Origin: Eledone cirrhosa
Taxonomy: Eukaryota
Assembly (NCBI GenBank): GCA_964016885.1
Contig: OZ024741.1
Coordinates: forward strand, 20,088,001 to 20,152,000
Direction of reading: 5' to 3'
DNA: 64,000 nt
Part shown: positions 45,252 to 58,272 of the stretch, one piece after another
How positions within the stretch are numbered: position 1 is the stretch's first letter
How the letters are laid out: each line of letters begins with the position of its first letter
Program-made: the position numbers and the translations under genes
The notes under the pieces: generated by a model
The model's database searches: none
What the model saw: only the letters and a program-made list of their open reading frames with translations
What the model was told of the DNA's origin: nothing

Positions 45252-45614
45252 TTAGGGAAGCACCTGAAGCTTCCTGAAGATTTCATCTGAATGAAAGAGT
45301 ACTAGTCCTGTAGAAGCTCCTTCTATAAAATAAAAAATATATATATATATACAGCACAGCTCTTTTTAATTATCTCGTTACAATTTCCCTCGCATTGTTT
45401 ATAGTTTTATTGGGGTCTCGTCATGTTTTGAATCCAGATTTAACTGATTAGCATAATAAAGAATTACTTAACCTCAGTTAAACTTTGTTAACCTGACCAC
45501 TCCTGTCTGATTCCAGGGATTGTTACTACTTTGTGGGTGTCTTTGGCTGATTTTGTGTGTGTGTCTCTCTCTGTGTACGTGGATGTGTTTATGTGTGAGT
45601 ATATGTATTGTGAA

Positions 45615-45754
45615 GGCGCATGGCTTAGTGGTTAGAGCATTGGGCTTGCAATCGAAAGGTTGTGAGTTCAATTCTCAGACCAAGTGATGCGTTATTTCCT
45701 TGAGCAAGACACTTTATTTCACGTTGCTCCAGTTTACTCAGCTGTAGAAATGAG
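45615..45754 (+). mobile_element. tRNA-derived SINE of a second family (CORE/V-like central domain), 3'-truncated
   Basis: Pol III A box TGGCTTAGTGG (45621), B box GAGTTCAATTC (45664), then TCCTTGAGCAAGACACTTTA..TGCTCCAGTTTACTCAGCTG. Confidence 0.8.
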
Positions 45755-45836
45755 ATGATAGGACTGGGGTCCCTATCATTAAATCACCCAAGACACCTCC
45801 AACGAGATATACCTTGGAGGAGGCCAGCTAAATCTG

Positions 45837-46111
45837 CATAGGTGTGAGCTGTCACACACACACACACACACATAGGTGTGAGCTGTCACATACACACACA
45901 CACACATAGGTGGGAGCTGTCACACACACATATACACACACACATAGGTGTGAGCTGTCACACACACACGCACACATAGGTGTGAGCTGTCACACACATA
46001 TACACACACACATAGGTGTGAGCTGTCACACACACACGCACACATAGGTGTGAGCTGTCACACACATATACACACACACATAGGTGTGAGCTGTCACACA
46101 CACACACACAC
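45837..46111. repeat. Minisatellite, 8 copies of CATAGGTGTGAGCTGTCA(CA)n
   Basis: Units at about 45837, 45871, 45905, 45943, 45975, 46011, 46043, 46079. Confidence 0.92.
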
Positions 46112-46231
46112 ATATATTTACACAAGCTAAAATCTAACACTAATATAACACGAACAATAAAGCAATTAGAAAGATGTATGCTTTATTATTCGTGTTATAT
46201 TAGTGTTAGATTTCAGCTTGTGTAAATATAT
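46112..46231. repeat. Long inverted repeat (about 53-bp arms, 14-nt spacer), MITE-like or foldback
   Basis: ATATATTTACACAAGCTAAAATCTAACACTAATATAACACGAA..TAAAGCA pairs with TGCTTTATTATTCGTGTTATATTAGTGTTAGATTTCAGCTTGTGTAAATATAT. Confidence 0.85.
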
Positions 46232-46240
46232 AATACACAC

Positions 46241-46274
<34 letters not shown>

Positions 46275-46338
46275 GGTAGTTAACGATGTTGAATAGACTG
46301 TTTGGAGCAACAAGCGTCATCTATACGCATACACACAT

Positions 46339-46370
<32 letters not shown>

Positions 46371-46390
46371 GTATTTATTATAACCCACAT

Positions 46391-46518
<128 letters not shown>

Positions 46519-46826
46519 CGATTATAGAAGGTTTGTGTGGAACTAAATATATTGTAATAGTTTAGTAAGTGAAAAACTGTAAAAAGAAAGAAAAAGGACT
46601 ATTGGATGAAACAAATATAAAAAGCAGAACGAAGAGAAATGACAAAAGCTGATGTCGTTACCAAATGGCTTTGTTATGTAAGAACATCTTTCTTTGTTGC
46701 CTTCATTTGGTTGCTAACGGATTTCTGCTTCGTTTGCATGTCTTTATATAATATTGAATAGAAACTCTATGTCGTTAGAAACGTTCAGGCGATGTAGGTC
46801 AAGTTAAACGTTCGCTCATTGCGAAG

Positions 46827-46857
<31 letters not shown>

Positions 46858-47295
46858 ATGTATATATAAGTGTATGTATATATGTGTGTATGTATATATA
46901 TATATGTCTGTATGTATATATATATATGTGTGTGTATGTATATATCGCCTGTCTACTCTCGTTCGACAATAACACACACACACACTATGTATATATATAT
47001 CTAATATATATTTGTGAAATGGGTGGTGGTTGAAATTCAGTTGTGCACGGTTAAATGGTAGTAGACGTGGTCGGACGGACATGAAAATTTACACACCTAT
47101 GTAAAAAGTGCCAAATCTCTAACTTGAAATCTCTAACTTGAAAAATGTGGTCCCTGGGGCCCCAAAACGGTCTATTTACTATCGCGTTCGGTGAGTTATT
47201 TCCTCCTGTTCTAATACTTTTGTCTTATTTACAATTTCATACAAATAAAGCAGTAAATAAAGGATTATGAGTTCATGCAATTGACTTATGTTTCG

Positions 47296-47337
<42 letters not shown>

Positions 47338-47669
47338 CTTATGTTTCGTCACTATATATATATATATATATATATATAATATGAAAACGCTTTAATAAAA
47401 AAAATATCAACTGTAATGTATGTATGCATGTATTTATGTGTTTATATGAGCGGGGATATGCAAGTAAATCTTACTTTGTGGACAGCTGCCCCTTAGCATA
47501 ATATTCATGCTAGAACAGCATATATTTGAAACTTTTCAGGGAGTTGAATTACTGATTTTGGATCGGCAGCTTTAGCTTTGAAAACATGAAATGTGCAGTG
47601 TAAACATTTTTTATTATTCCTCCGGGGATGAATCTTCTCTGCATTTTTCCATCTCTTTCTTTCTCTCTG

Positions 47670-47848
47670 GAAGAAATCAGCCGTAGTAAGACCTAAAAAA
47701 ATGGTTAGATACACCATGACGCACTGTGCATCACGGTGGAGTTGAAAAGCAGACTCAGAACATGGCGTTGTGTGGGGGTGGCTCGCAGCCCAAAGTTCCA
47801 GGGGAAGAAGAAGAAGAAGAAGAAGAAGAAGAAGAAGAAGAAGAAGAA
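47670..47848 (+). mobile_element. Possible LINE (RTE-like) 3' end with (GAA)15 tail
   Basis: Frameshifted RPKK-WLDT-like motif upstream of a pure (GAA)15 run at 47804-47848. Confidence 0.35.
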
Positions 47849-48146
47849 GGTGTGAGCTGGAGTCCTATCAAATATGTAGGTTGTGTCTTAAATTGAAGGT
47901 TTAGTAGAAACAATTCATGTATAGTTTTGTACTTTTCTTTTTGTCATTCATATATAAATAAATCTACTATATAAATTGGAAGTGGTCGGACGTTGTATAT
48001 GTAGGTGTAGTCGGATAAACGTCGAAACGGCTGGGTGGAATGCAGCGAAAATTTTCACAGTTATGCAGAATGACCCGCTACAAGCTTCCATGGTTACGGA
48101 GAAAATCGATGAAACAGGAATTTCCCATTCAAATTGAACTGGGAGT

Positions 48147-48354
48147 AATCTGTGAACGCAGAAGTAAATATTTCGAGAAACGTTGCAACCGAACGAACAC
48201 AGGAAGACGATATTTTGGTTCGTGAAGACGTTCCCTGGCAATGAACGGGGAAAAAGCGAGGATAATACGTCGTTATGTGGAGCGTGAAGAACAATTTCAT
48301 GCAAAGACAAGACCAAGTTTATGGTATAAATGGAGTCGTTAGACTAATATTCTA
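48147..48354 (-). repeat. Diverged inverted copy of the PLE-upstream (pseudo-LTR-like) sequence at 50235-50441
   Basis: e.g. CAGGAAGACGATATTTTGGTTCGTG versus CACGAACCAAAGTATCGTCTTCCTG; AATCTGTGAACGCAGAAGT versus ACTTCTGCGTTTACAGATT. Confidence 0.75.
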
Positions 48355-48567
48355 TTTAAAATAACAGAATGATTTCCAGCCCCAGAGTTTAAGAATGATG
48401 TAAATAAAATTGAAAACGAAAATGACAGAGGTTATTAAAATAGTAAAAGTAAATAGTGAAGATTTAGGCCAGTACATATGTATGCCCCGACGGACATACA
48501 CATACATACGCACACACAAATACATACACCCCCCCCCCACACCCCCACACACACGAACGCACGCGCG

Positions 48568-49013
48568 TATGTATAAACCTTATGCATTTCTACAGTATTT
48601 TCACCAAACTTAAGACATAGGTTACTTATGTACTCCGGATGGTCATGGGCACTGTCATTATTCCAGATATTGGTTATAGGGCCCCCCGGCAGATAACCCC
48701 TTTAACCACTTTAACCACTTCCTTGGAGTCGACTGAAGCACTGCAGTGCAATGCAACAAAACGTCATAACTTCTGGAGTTCGCAACCGATTTTCACAAAA
48801 CTTGACACATGGGCTACGTTTGTCCTACAGATGAATGTGAACTCTCAGAATTGGCAAATATTGGGTAGGGGACTCCTGGGGGCAGGAACACCCTTTTGGA
48901 AAAAGCCGATGATTTTGTAAAAGTATAGTTTTCGAAGCAGCACTGAAGTATTGACATAAATGGTATACACAACTGCTATTTAATATCCGAGCAACGCCGG
49001 GTACCTCTGCTAG
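48568..49013 (+). mobile_element. Non-autonomous Helitron-like element, 3' terminus; 5' end not identified
   Basis: Subterminal hairpin TATCCG(A)GC-AAC-GCCGGGTA followed by CTAG|T at 49010-49014; internal CCGATTTTCACAAAACTTGACAC motif. Confidence 0.6.
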
Positions 49014-49102
49014 TATATATATAAAACAAAGAATGTGTGGTAAGAAACCAGGTGGACCATAACGCACCAGAGTACTTGATACTTAGGGTAGTAGAGTGGG
49101 TA

Positions 49103-49229
49103 ATAGGAAAAGAGCCAGGACCCCGACGGCTGAGCTCCAGCCGTTTCGACAGCTAGATCGACAGCTAGATCGGATCTAGCTATATAAACGGCCGAAGCTC
49201 AGCCGTCGGGGTCCTGAATTTTTTCCTAT
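49103..49229. other. GC-rich long hairpin
   Basis: Perfect 21-bp arms CAGGACCCCGACGGCTGAGCT (49116-36) / AGCTCAGCCGTCGGGGTCCTG (49196-216), with inner GCCGTTT/AAACGGC and AGCTAGATC/GATCTAGCT and outer ATAGGAAAA/TTTTCCTAT. Confidence 0.85.
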
Positions 49230-50094
49230 GTAAGGTTGAAACACCCACGTCCCGTAGGGCCTACATAGGGTCAACCGCCAATAGATTCAAGCAGCGTCTT
49301 TACATGCATACCCATTCTTTTCGTTACCCTCTAAGAAGGAATATGACGTCACTTTCAGCTTATATCTGGAGTCTAAAAGACAACCACACCCAATATAAGT
49401 TACACTAGGAGATCCTAGCTAGGGCTAGATCGTATAACGGAAATAAAAGACCATGTGACCTCTGCGCCGCTGAGGCCCTGGAAATACTCTACCTCACAGA
49501 CCACATCTTAAACAAAAATCTGAGGCAATTTCGGCTTGTAAACATAAATTGCACAAAACTTTCCTGTATTACAGCCCCACATTATACCCTAACGGATAAT
49601 ACGATCTATACGCGGATATTTTACGTCTTGATGTGGTAGCTAAGTATATGTTATGTTTATACCATTACTTATTTGCATAGGTAAGTATATATTACCTGTA
49701 TGTTTTGTGAAGGTACGTATACTTTCTCGTACGTATATTTGACTATATATGTTATGGCGTATATTTTTATATATTCTGGTACATATGCGTACTTCGTGTT
49801 TTGGTTGACGTACGTCTCCGAACATTTGTGTATTTACGTGTAGGTATGTGTGTGCGCTTGTTATATACGTATTTATTATTTATATACGTTTATTTAATTA
49901 TTTGTATACACGCACAGACACACACACACATATTTATATGTGCGTGTATATGTATACCTATGGCGAGTGTTTTCGCATATGCTTGTGTATGTACCTATTC
50001 GGATGCGTGTATGTATTTATTTAATTTCAATTACCCCTGTATTTTATTTACTTTATTCTTAACTCTGAAGCGGAGAATCATTCGGTTTCCTAGT

Positions 50095-51011
50095 TAGAAT
50101 TTTAGTCTACGTCTTCAGTTATACCATTTACGTGGTTTTGTCTTTGCGTGCAATTGTTCTCCACGCTCCACATATGACGTATTATCTTCGTTTTTTCCGT
50201 TCATTGCCAGAGAACGTCTCTATGAACCACCTAAGAGAACTTTAGTCTACGACTTCTTTTATACCCTAAACGTGGTTCTGTCTTTGCGTGTAATTGTTTT
50301 TCACCGCTCCAATTAATGACGTATTATATTCGTTTTTTCCCGTTCTTTGCCAGGGAACGTTTCCACGAACCAAAGTATCGTCTTCCTGTCTTCCTCCGGC
50401 TGCAACGTTTTTTAAATATCCACTTCTGCGTTTACAGATTGACTTTGTTAGTTTCAGAAGATCCCGTTAAGGGTGAAAGCAGCGATTCTTTGCTTAAACT
50501 TTAATCTGTTATTTAAATAAATATTTGCTCTACGGTTCTTATATATTTGATATATATTTATCCTTATCGAGCCCTCTTTAGATTTTAGTTTTCAAATTTA
50601 TTATTATTACTATTTGGCTCCCTCGGGTGAGCACTCTATTGACTTATATTCATCATGCAGAAACAACATCTGAATATTTCTACAAAGAACATACCCGTAC
50701 CAAGCAGGAAAACATACCTAAAACTCCTGATACAGAAAACAGACACGTTCATTAAAAGGTTGCGTTGGCGTGCCTTTTATTTCGATAATCCGCGAAAAGC
50801 AGACAACAAACAGGATAAATTTGGGTTTAAAACCTATAATAACCCTCCGTGTAACCCAGCATTGCTACCCTTCGAAAATGATGTCTTGGAACTCATACGA
50901 AGTATCAAATTTCGGAATAGGAGCAATTCCTTCCAGCAGGACCTGAAGAATAGAATTTGTTCTATTAAGGATTTTAATGCCGTGCACGTCCATTCCAACA
51001 AAACTGGCAAT
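50095..51011 (+). mobile_element. Penelope-like element 5' fragment: upstream repeat region plus ORF N-terminus (ATG 50655), truncated at (TA)n
   Basis: STKNIPVPS..LIQKTDTFIKRLRWRAFYF..FGFKT..PP..FENDVLELIRSIKF..NSFQQDL..SNKTGNIY matches the PLE pre-RT region (ADKT-like motif); 50095-50230 is tandemly repeated at 50235-50370. Confidence 0.75.
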
Positions 51012-51400
51012 ATATATATATATATAGTTCAAGAGTAATCGAGAGAAACACAGAGATGTAAAAACAGAGTCTTATTGGGTTCACGCTTGGGAAAGAAGAT
51101 AAAGGAAAAGAAAACAGGAAATTAAAAAATGACTGAACGTATCGGACAGAAGTCCTTCTTCGGGAAAGAGCAAAGTCATGAGAGAGAGGGAGAAGGTTGG
51201 GAAAAGATTAAGGAGAATAATCCAACATATGCAGATGGAGGCTAAGGTAGACAGTCCAGGTGTACCATTGGTACTGTTACGTGTGGCAGAGCATGTACAT
51301 TTCAAGGGTGTGCAATATTTCTCCTTTATAAGTGCGTGTATTTACGTGTGTATCTGTGATATATATATATATGTGTGTGTATGTGTGTGTGTGTGGTGTG

Positions 51401-51440
<40 letters not shown>

Positions 51441-51551
51441 CACCACATCTGAGAGGGGAATATGTTGCATATCATAATTAACTGATCCTCCTGTATTTTT
51501 CTTTTACCCATGGCCAGGAACTTTATTGGCAACATGACCCTCCCAAAGTAT

Positions 51552-51590
<39 letters not shown>

Positions 51591-51652
51591 TCACTGTATA
51601 TTTTAGAAAATATCATATACTTTCACTACCTCTGACAGTTGGCAGGTGAACA

Positions 51653-51705
51653 AGAAGCTGTACTGATGAAGGCTGATTCCCAGAAACATTAGTGTCTGCA
51701 GTTCT
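51653..51705 (+). ncRNA. Putative minimal type I hammerhead ribozyme
   Basis: Stem I AGCUGUA/UGCAGUU, CUGAUGA (51663-69), short imperfect stem II, GAAA (51683-86), stem III ACA-UUAG-UGU, triplet GUC (cut after 51696); module 51588-51830 is flanked by (TA)n. Confidence 0.6.
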
Positions 51706-52272
51706 GTTTACATGCCAACACAAGAACAAAAATGAGGGATTCATTCTACTGACATGGCGTTAAAAATGAGGCTTGTTTGCATAATTGCAAACGAATCGTA
51801 ATTTATTATTAATATTCGAAAAACTCAGATTATATATATATATATGAGTGATGTGTGTGTGTGAAGCCATTTACAGTATGTTTATGTATAATTGTTTCTA
51901 CTTTTGTATAATGAACATATATAAGTCCTCGTGATGTTTATTCACTCTTACTGACACAAGAATAAGCTATAGCTTATATACTTTTTGCTTATAAAGCATC
52001 TGTTCACAATGGGGATTTACATATAGTGTGAGCTTGACTGTCTGGGATTAATTATCAATAGCCCTAACATATTGTATGTATATATTTATTATACATAACT
52101 ATATCGTATATACCTCCATATACACATCTATTATGAATCACGCTATGTATATATATATGTGTGTGTGTCAGTGTTCATGTGTCTGTGAGCGTATGTATAT
52201 ATATATGTATATATGTATGTATAAATATATATATATATGTGCATATACGTATATGTGTATATATATATATGT

Positions 52273-52309
<37 letters not shown>

Positions 52310-52417
52310 TGATGGTAGCTAAGATGCTTCCATAGGCGGTATGCGGGTTGAGCACTCTATGTTCTTACAGAGCAGCGTTTTATATTATATATATATATGT
52401 GTGTGTGTGTGTGTATG

Positions 52418-52462
<45 letters not shown>

Positions 52463-52623
52463 GACGGAACACATTGATAATAAAATCTGTTCATATAATG
52501 AAATGTGTGACCAATTAATGATAATCAATACCAGCGCCATCTTTAGTCACACTCTTAAATCAATATTGTCTTTATGTCTTGTTTTCTTCATTTATTTATG
52601 TCTTCATTTGTATATATGTGTGC

Positions 52624-52673
<50 letters not shown>

Positions 52674-52989
52674 AAGTATTTGTGTGCATATGTGCGCGCG
52701 TGTGTGTTGGTGCATACGTATATGTGTTTATGTATAATTGTATGTGTCAATTTATATATACTTATGTGTGTATATATGTATACATGTATGTATTATATAT
52801 ACATACATGATGGCTTTCAACTCGTAAGACGAGCTTAACCTTCACTGATTGGTTGGCTTATACTTAATTGTTCCAATGAACGAGATCGTCAGTGATTTTT
52901 GAAGCCGACCAGAGACTGACAGATTTTACAGCAAAGATTGTAAACTAAATCCGTGTTTTAGGTCTGACTTTTAAGCCTCTCAGGTGGAA

Positions 52990-54697
52990 ACAAATGTTGT
53001 GAGTCGGGAGCAGCTCTTGCAGACTTTGCCACATAATCTATCGGTGGGTTGTCTATGTGGCTCCCGGTGTGGCTTTCGAGTCCTGTGTTTGGGAAACATA
53101 TTTGGCTACCCCCATGGCAAACAAACTGAGAAACAACTGGGTCTACTTTCTCTCCCTTGCGGGCAACACTTTTGGTCTTTGCCCAGATTATTGATTTTAT
53201 ATAGAAGGTGCGACATCCTTCGTTTATTTGTTTCTTCCACTTGCTTCTGTCGTCAGCTTGAACTTCCCACTTGTGAAGGTCGAAATCGAATTGTGGCAGC
53301 GAGTCTTTCGCATAGTCTTTGAAACGCTTCTTAGGTTTTTGCTAAAGCCTTTTTCTTTCAGCCAGCTCTCCGTAAAGCATCTGCTTTGGGATACGACAAA
53401 CGTCCAGCCGTATCCGATGTCCTTCCCAGCGAAGGTCATGCTTGTGCATATGAGCTTATTTGCTGAGTGTATCAGCTCGTGCCATAGTATCTAGTACATG
53501 TGAGATCCACTGATGTATCTGGAACGTGTGAGATCCAGTGAAGGCCTAAGATCGATCTTAGGCTGTTCAGATGGAAGCGATCCAGTAGGTGTTAATGTTT
53601 CTTGTAAATCACCCAGGTCTTGTAAGAGGAAAGAAGGCTTGTAAAAACACAGGTATTAAAAACATCTATATAATCTTTTTAAGGCTTTTCTGAGACCACA
53701 CGCGATCTTGAAGTGTAGAAGAAGCGTCAGTGGCTTTTTTAAGTTGGAGAGATATGTTATCGTCGAGGGGGCAGTGGTGGTTTACGAGGTCTGAAAAGTG
53801 TTGTTTTAATCGAAGTGGTGATTTTGTCTATAGTTGTGTGAACGTGCTCGCCATCTTTTGTCCTCAGAGGTGTGATTCTTGCCGAACGAGGCCGAATAGC
53901 TTGTTTTATTAGGCTGTATAGCTCTTCGATATTTTTTCATCAACATTGGTCTTAATCTCGGTTGCAAGATTTGACCACCAGGTGTCCTGTATTTTCCGTA
54001 AAGTGTACTGTACATCAAATTTATCGTACTGCTTAAACTGTGTTTAGTTGTTTTCTCTGTACCTCAGATAGGTTTAGTATATTGTTCTTATTGCTTGGTC
54101 GTTTTTATCAAAAGATCTCGGGATTTGCAGGAAACTGTACCAACTACGTAACTTTGTGGCATTGTAGAGTTGTTCCAAGCCTGTCTTGCCATATGGCCTG
54201 TGTATCTGGGGGTGGGGGGGTTAAACAACATAATGAAATGTGGGAAGCTTGACTGTCATACGTGACCGAGCAAGAGACTTAATGACCAGACACATCTTCG
54301 ATCCCACAAGGGCATGGTCTGTCCAACACTCTGCACCTCTGCACCATGCAAGGAACAGATATTACAAATATCTTGCATGTCATCCTTAAAGACAATCATG
54401 AGTTCCAGCGGGTGGCATTGCTTAGATCTTGGATACCTCCATGTTGTTACAGCCTTCTGTGCAGGAATTGAATGTCGGAAATAAACAGCTTAAATTCAGT
54501 AGACAGTCCGAGGAGGAGTATACCGTTGTCGTTTACATTAACTACACCAAATCGTCCAAGACAATTCCATGTCCACCAATCCTTGCCGGCTCTGGCATTG
54601 AAGTCACCAAGAAAGATAATCTTCTCCGAATTGGAGACAGATCGCTGTAAATTTAGATCTTCGTAAAACCGGTTCTTGTCATCCTCAGTACGCACAC
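52990..54697 (-). mobile_element. Degenerate, internally deleted RTE-clade LINE (APE endonuclease plus RT C-terminus)
   Basis: KNRFYEDL..IIFLGDFNARAGKD..LGRFGVVNVNDNGILLL (APE); LRWEGHRIRLDVCRIPKQMLYGEL..KPKKRFKD..DRSKWK (RTE C-terminus). Confidence 0.85.
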
Positions 54698-54720
54698 GTA
54701 GATATATGGGGCAGTCAGAA

Positions 54721-54780
54721 ACTTTTACTCTTTTACTCTTTTACTTGTTCCAGCCATCCGATTGAGGCCATGCTGGGGCA
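54721..54780 (-). mobile_element. SINE 3' fragment with (GAGTAAAA)n tail
   Basis: Minus strand TGCCCCAGCATGGCC..GAACAAGTAAAAGAGTAAAAGAGTAAAAG. Confidence 0.55.
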
Positions 54781-55110
54781 GTCAAAAACTGTTGTCTGTT
54801 TATTTAAACAATTTTACCGTGAACAGTAACGACTAAAATTATAGGTTTGTTTTCTAATAAACTATATCATCACAAATTCTGCTAACGCATCTGCAATTTA
54901 TTTAACTTTGTGTATTAGTAGTTAAGAATTCTTCTCTTTGTCATTGACTATGAAAGTAACACAAGTTTGGTACAACTGTAACTTATCTTAATAATGTTTC
55001 TATTAAATTCTTTATTATATCCATAGTCTATTAGAAATTGCTAATTTTGTTTAATATACTAAAAAAAAATGAATAATAATTTTGTAAAACTATAATTTTA
55101 ACATCGTGTG

Positions 55111-55838
<728 letters not shown>

Positions 55839-56479
55839 CAGAAATAACAACACAATCGTTACAGTATATGGAAGGAATATATTAGATATGAAATAGCAGG
55901 AAGAGTGTCTTAACGTTGCGTATGTGTGTATGTGTGAGTCACAGTATTAGCAAGTCAAATACTACACTATAACGCAGAGTTTTGTTGCTATGGTGACCTG
56001 GTCACTAGGGTAACCTGGTTATCATATATCACGTGAACAAACTAATTCTTAACAATAAAATCAATTTCTACACATCATTGATTATCTGTAATTGGGTGTA
56101 TATATATATATATATACTATCAGTGATTGATGGTGGAGCCAGGGTGGAGGTGTAAAACATGGAGTTATAGTTATAGTTAAAATAGTTGTTGTTGTCGTTG
56201 TCGTTCTTGTTGTTTAGCCCTAGGGTGACATGGATTGATTAGACCCATAAACAAAGGTGTCCGAGATGTGTCCAGTTATTTTAGTGGCAATTGTCCAATG
56301 TGCTGTTTTGTTTACTAGAGATAATGTTTGATTTAATGGTGATTTGACTGCTATTTTTAATCACAGTAACATAGATAGCCAGAGTAAAATGTATTTCGAT
56401 AATGGCGATTTTCCAATTTTGTCGCAAAAGCATACTGTGAAAATTCCAGTCTCCCAGCAACTTCATGGACTTTCTATCT

Positions 56480-56995
56480 TAGACTAACTGTTATATTAGC
56501 TCTCACTCCGGACGATAAGCTTTTGCATTCCAGAAACAGAAAATAACAACAAAATATCTGATACAAAGATGGTTAAAGAAAAAGAAGCTTAATTGTGATA
56601 ATTCATGCAGATTCTGTAGAATTAACATCGAAGATATCACCCATCCCATAAACTGCTGTCAGAAAATGTTCTAACGATACTATCTTTCTATGAGGTATGA
56701 TGTAGTGATCAGAACACTGTACACTCTAGTCGGTAGAGAGGACAAGCTCCAAGATAAAGAAGTTAAGGAATTAAGTAACCATATTCCACCATGATTAGAA
56801 AAAATGCTATTAGAATCTTCCTGTCAAATTCTTTGTATAATATATGATGAGACAGGAATCCGAGCAAAGGAAAGTATTCATGGCAGTAGAAAGTTGTAAC
56901 CCAACAAGCAATAACATAATGTTGATGATAAATGATAAAGAAAACGTATATGTCAAACTAATGAGAAATCTGCAGACACTACACCGAATACTACA
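56480..56995 (+). mobile_element. Older R4/Dong-type LINE fragment (zinc knuckle plus RLE)
   Basis: FAFQKQKITTKYLIQR..CRFCRINIEDITHPINCCQK..RYYLSMRYD..KENVYVKLMRNLQTLH, homologous to 31200-31680. Confidence 0.8.
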
Positions 56996-57019
56996 CACGA
57001 TTCAGCCAGAGAATACCTT

Positions 57020-57880
57020 CTCTCTTTAAGGCTTTTAACATCTATATTTCATCTTCCCCAGCGGCCTTGCCACATTTGAGCTATTTAATTGCTCTTGTGA
57101 CCTCAGCCTCCGAGAGATTAATCATCGCTCACTGATGGATCTCGTATTATTCAGAAAATGTTGTTGAAATCGGGTTTAGGGGATCTGCAAAGTATTCTCT
57201 CCACCTCGCAAGCATACCCCTCTTTGGGGAGAGGAGAACCCCAGACGTGTTCCTGATAGCGAAGTGGGCGGATGATCTGCCAGAACACTTTATTTGCTGA
57301 TCAAGCTTAACCCCAAAGTCCTCCCATGTTTGAACTTTGGTCCCCTTTACTCTCTCTGCTGCCATTCTTCGTACCTCCTTCTACCTCAAGTGCAAGAAGG
57401 AAAACTTATTTCCAAGCCAAGCTTTATATGCCTCCTCCTTTGTTTGGATGGCATCTTTGACCTCTTGATTGAAACAAGGGGTTTTCCTGCCATCCGGTGT
57501 CACACCAAGCAACATTTAACAGCTGAAGCAGAAACTGCTGAGTTGAACAATCTCTACTTTGTCTCAACGTCCTCAGTTTCCTTAGGAAATTCTCTGAATT
57601 TGGATACAATAGTATCCTGACTTCCTTATCCCCCAATGCTTCGCCCTGTGCCTGCCAGTGTTGTGGGCTTCTTTGGCTTCAGTTAGTCTCACATTGCAAA
57701 TAATTAGATGGTGATCAGTTGACAGCTCAGCCCCTCTCTTAACACGAACATCCAGCACAGAATCAAAGAGATCAGAGACAATAACAAAATTAATTAATAA
57801 TCTGTGTCCCTGATTCCCCTTATACCATGTATATTAATATATTAATGGATGTCTCTGTGTTGGAAGAAAGTGTTCAAAAA
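57020..57880 (-). mobile_element. RTE-clade LINE fragment (end of APE to start of RT)
   Basis: YTWYK..VLDVRVKRGAELSTDHHLII; WEDFGVKLD; LARWREYFADPLNP; EVTRAIK.LKCGKAAGEDEI. Confidence 0.82.
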
Positions 57881-58272
57881 GGGAGTCATTTGCTGGAACA
57901 GTTGTGTAATAAGTCTAATAATCTCCCACAGAAACATTTATGGTAGAACGTAGAAAAGAGTATAAGACACAGAAAATACAATCTTATCGACTTTTATACT
58001 GTTTGAAAAACACAAGTTAGAAATTGCTTCATGGTCGCGGTGGACAGAATGGTGAATGCGTTACCCTGGAGGATAGCTAAGGAGATGCACTGAAAGAGCA
58101 AGTTCAGCTTGTGGAGCTCGATCTTTCAGATGACCATGATTTCAATAAGTAAGGAACTAGTTCGGGGTCCCAGGGTATCAAGAGTTATCTTCGTTGTTGT
58201 AAGTACGACGATAAACTTATCGGGGGGCGGTCTGTATTTTGTAAGCTTGCAATCTTCATCTTACTGAGCATG

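Noticed and set aside
45615-45685. tRNA gene
   Set aside because: A and B boxes are present, but there is no complete acceptor stem and it continues into a SINE core
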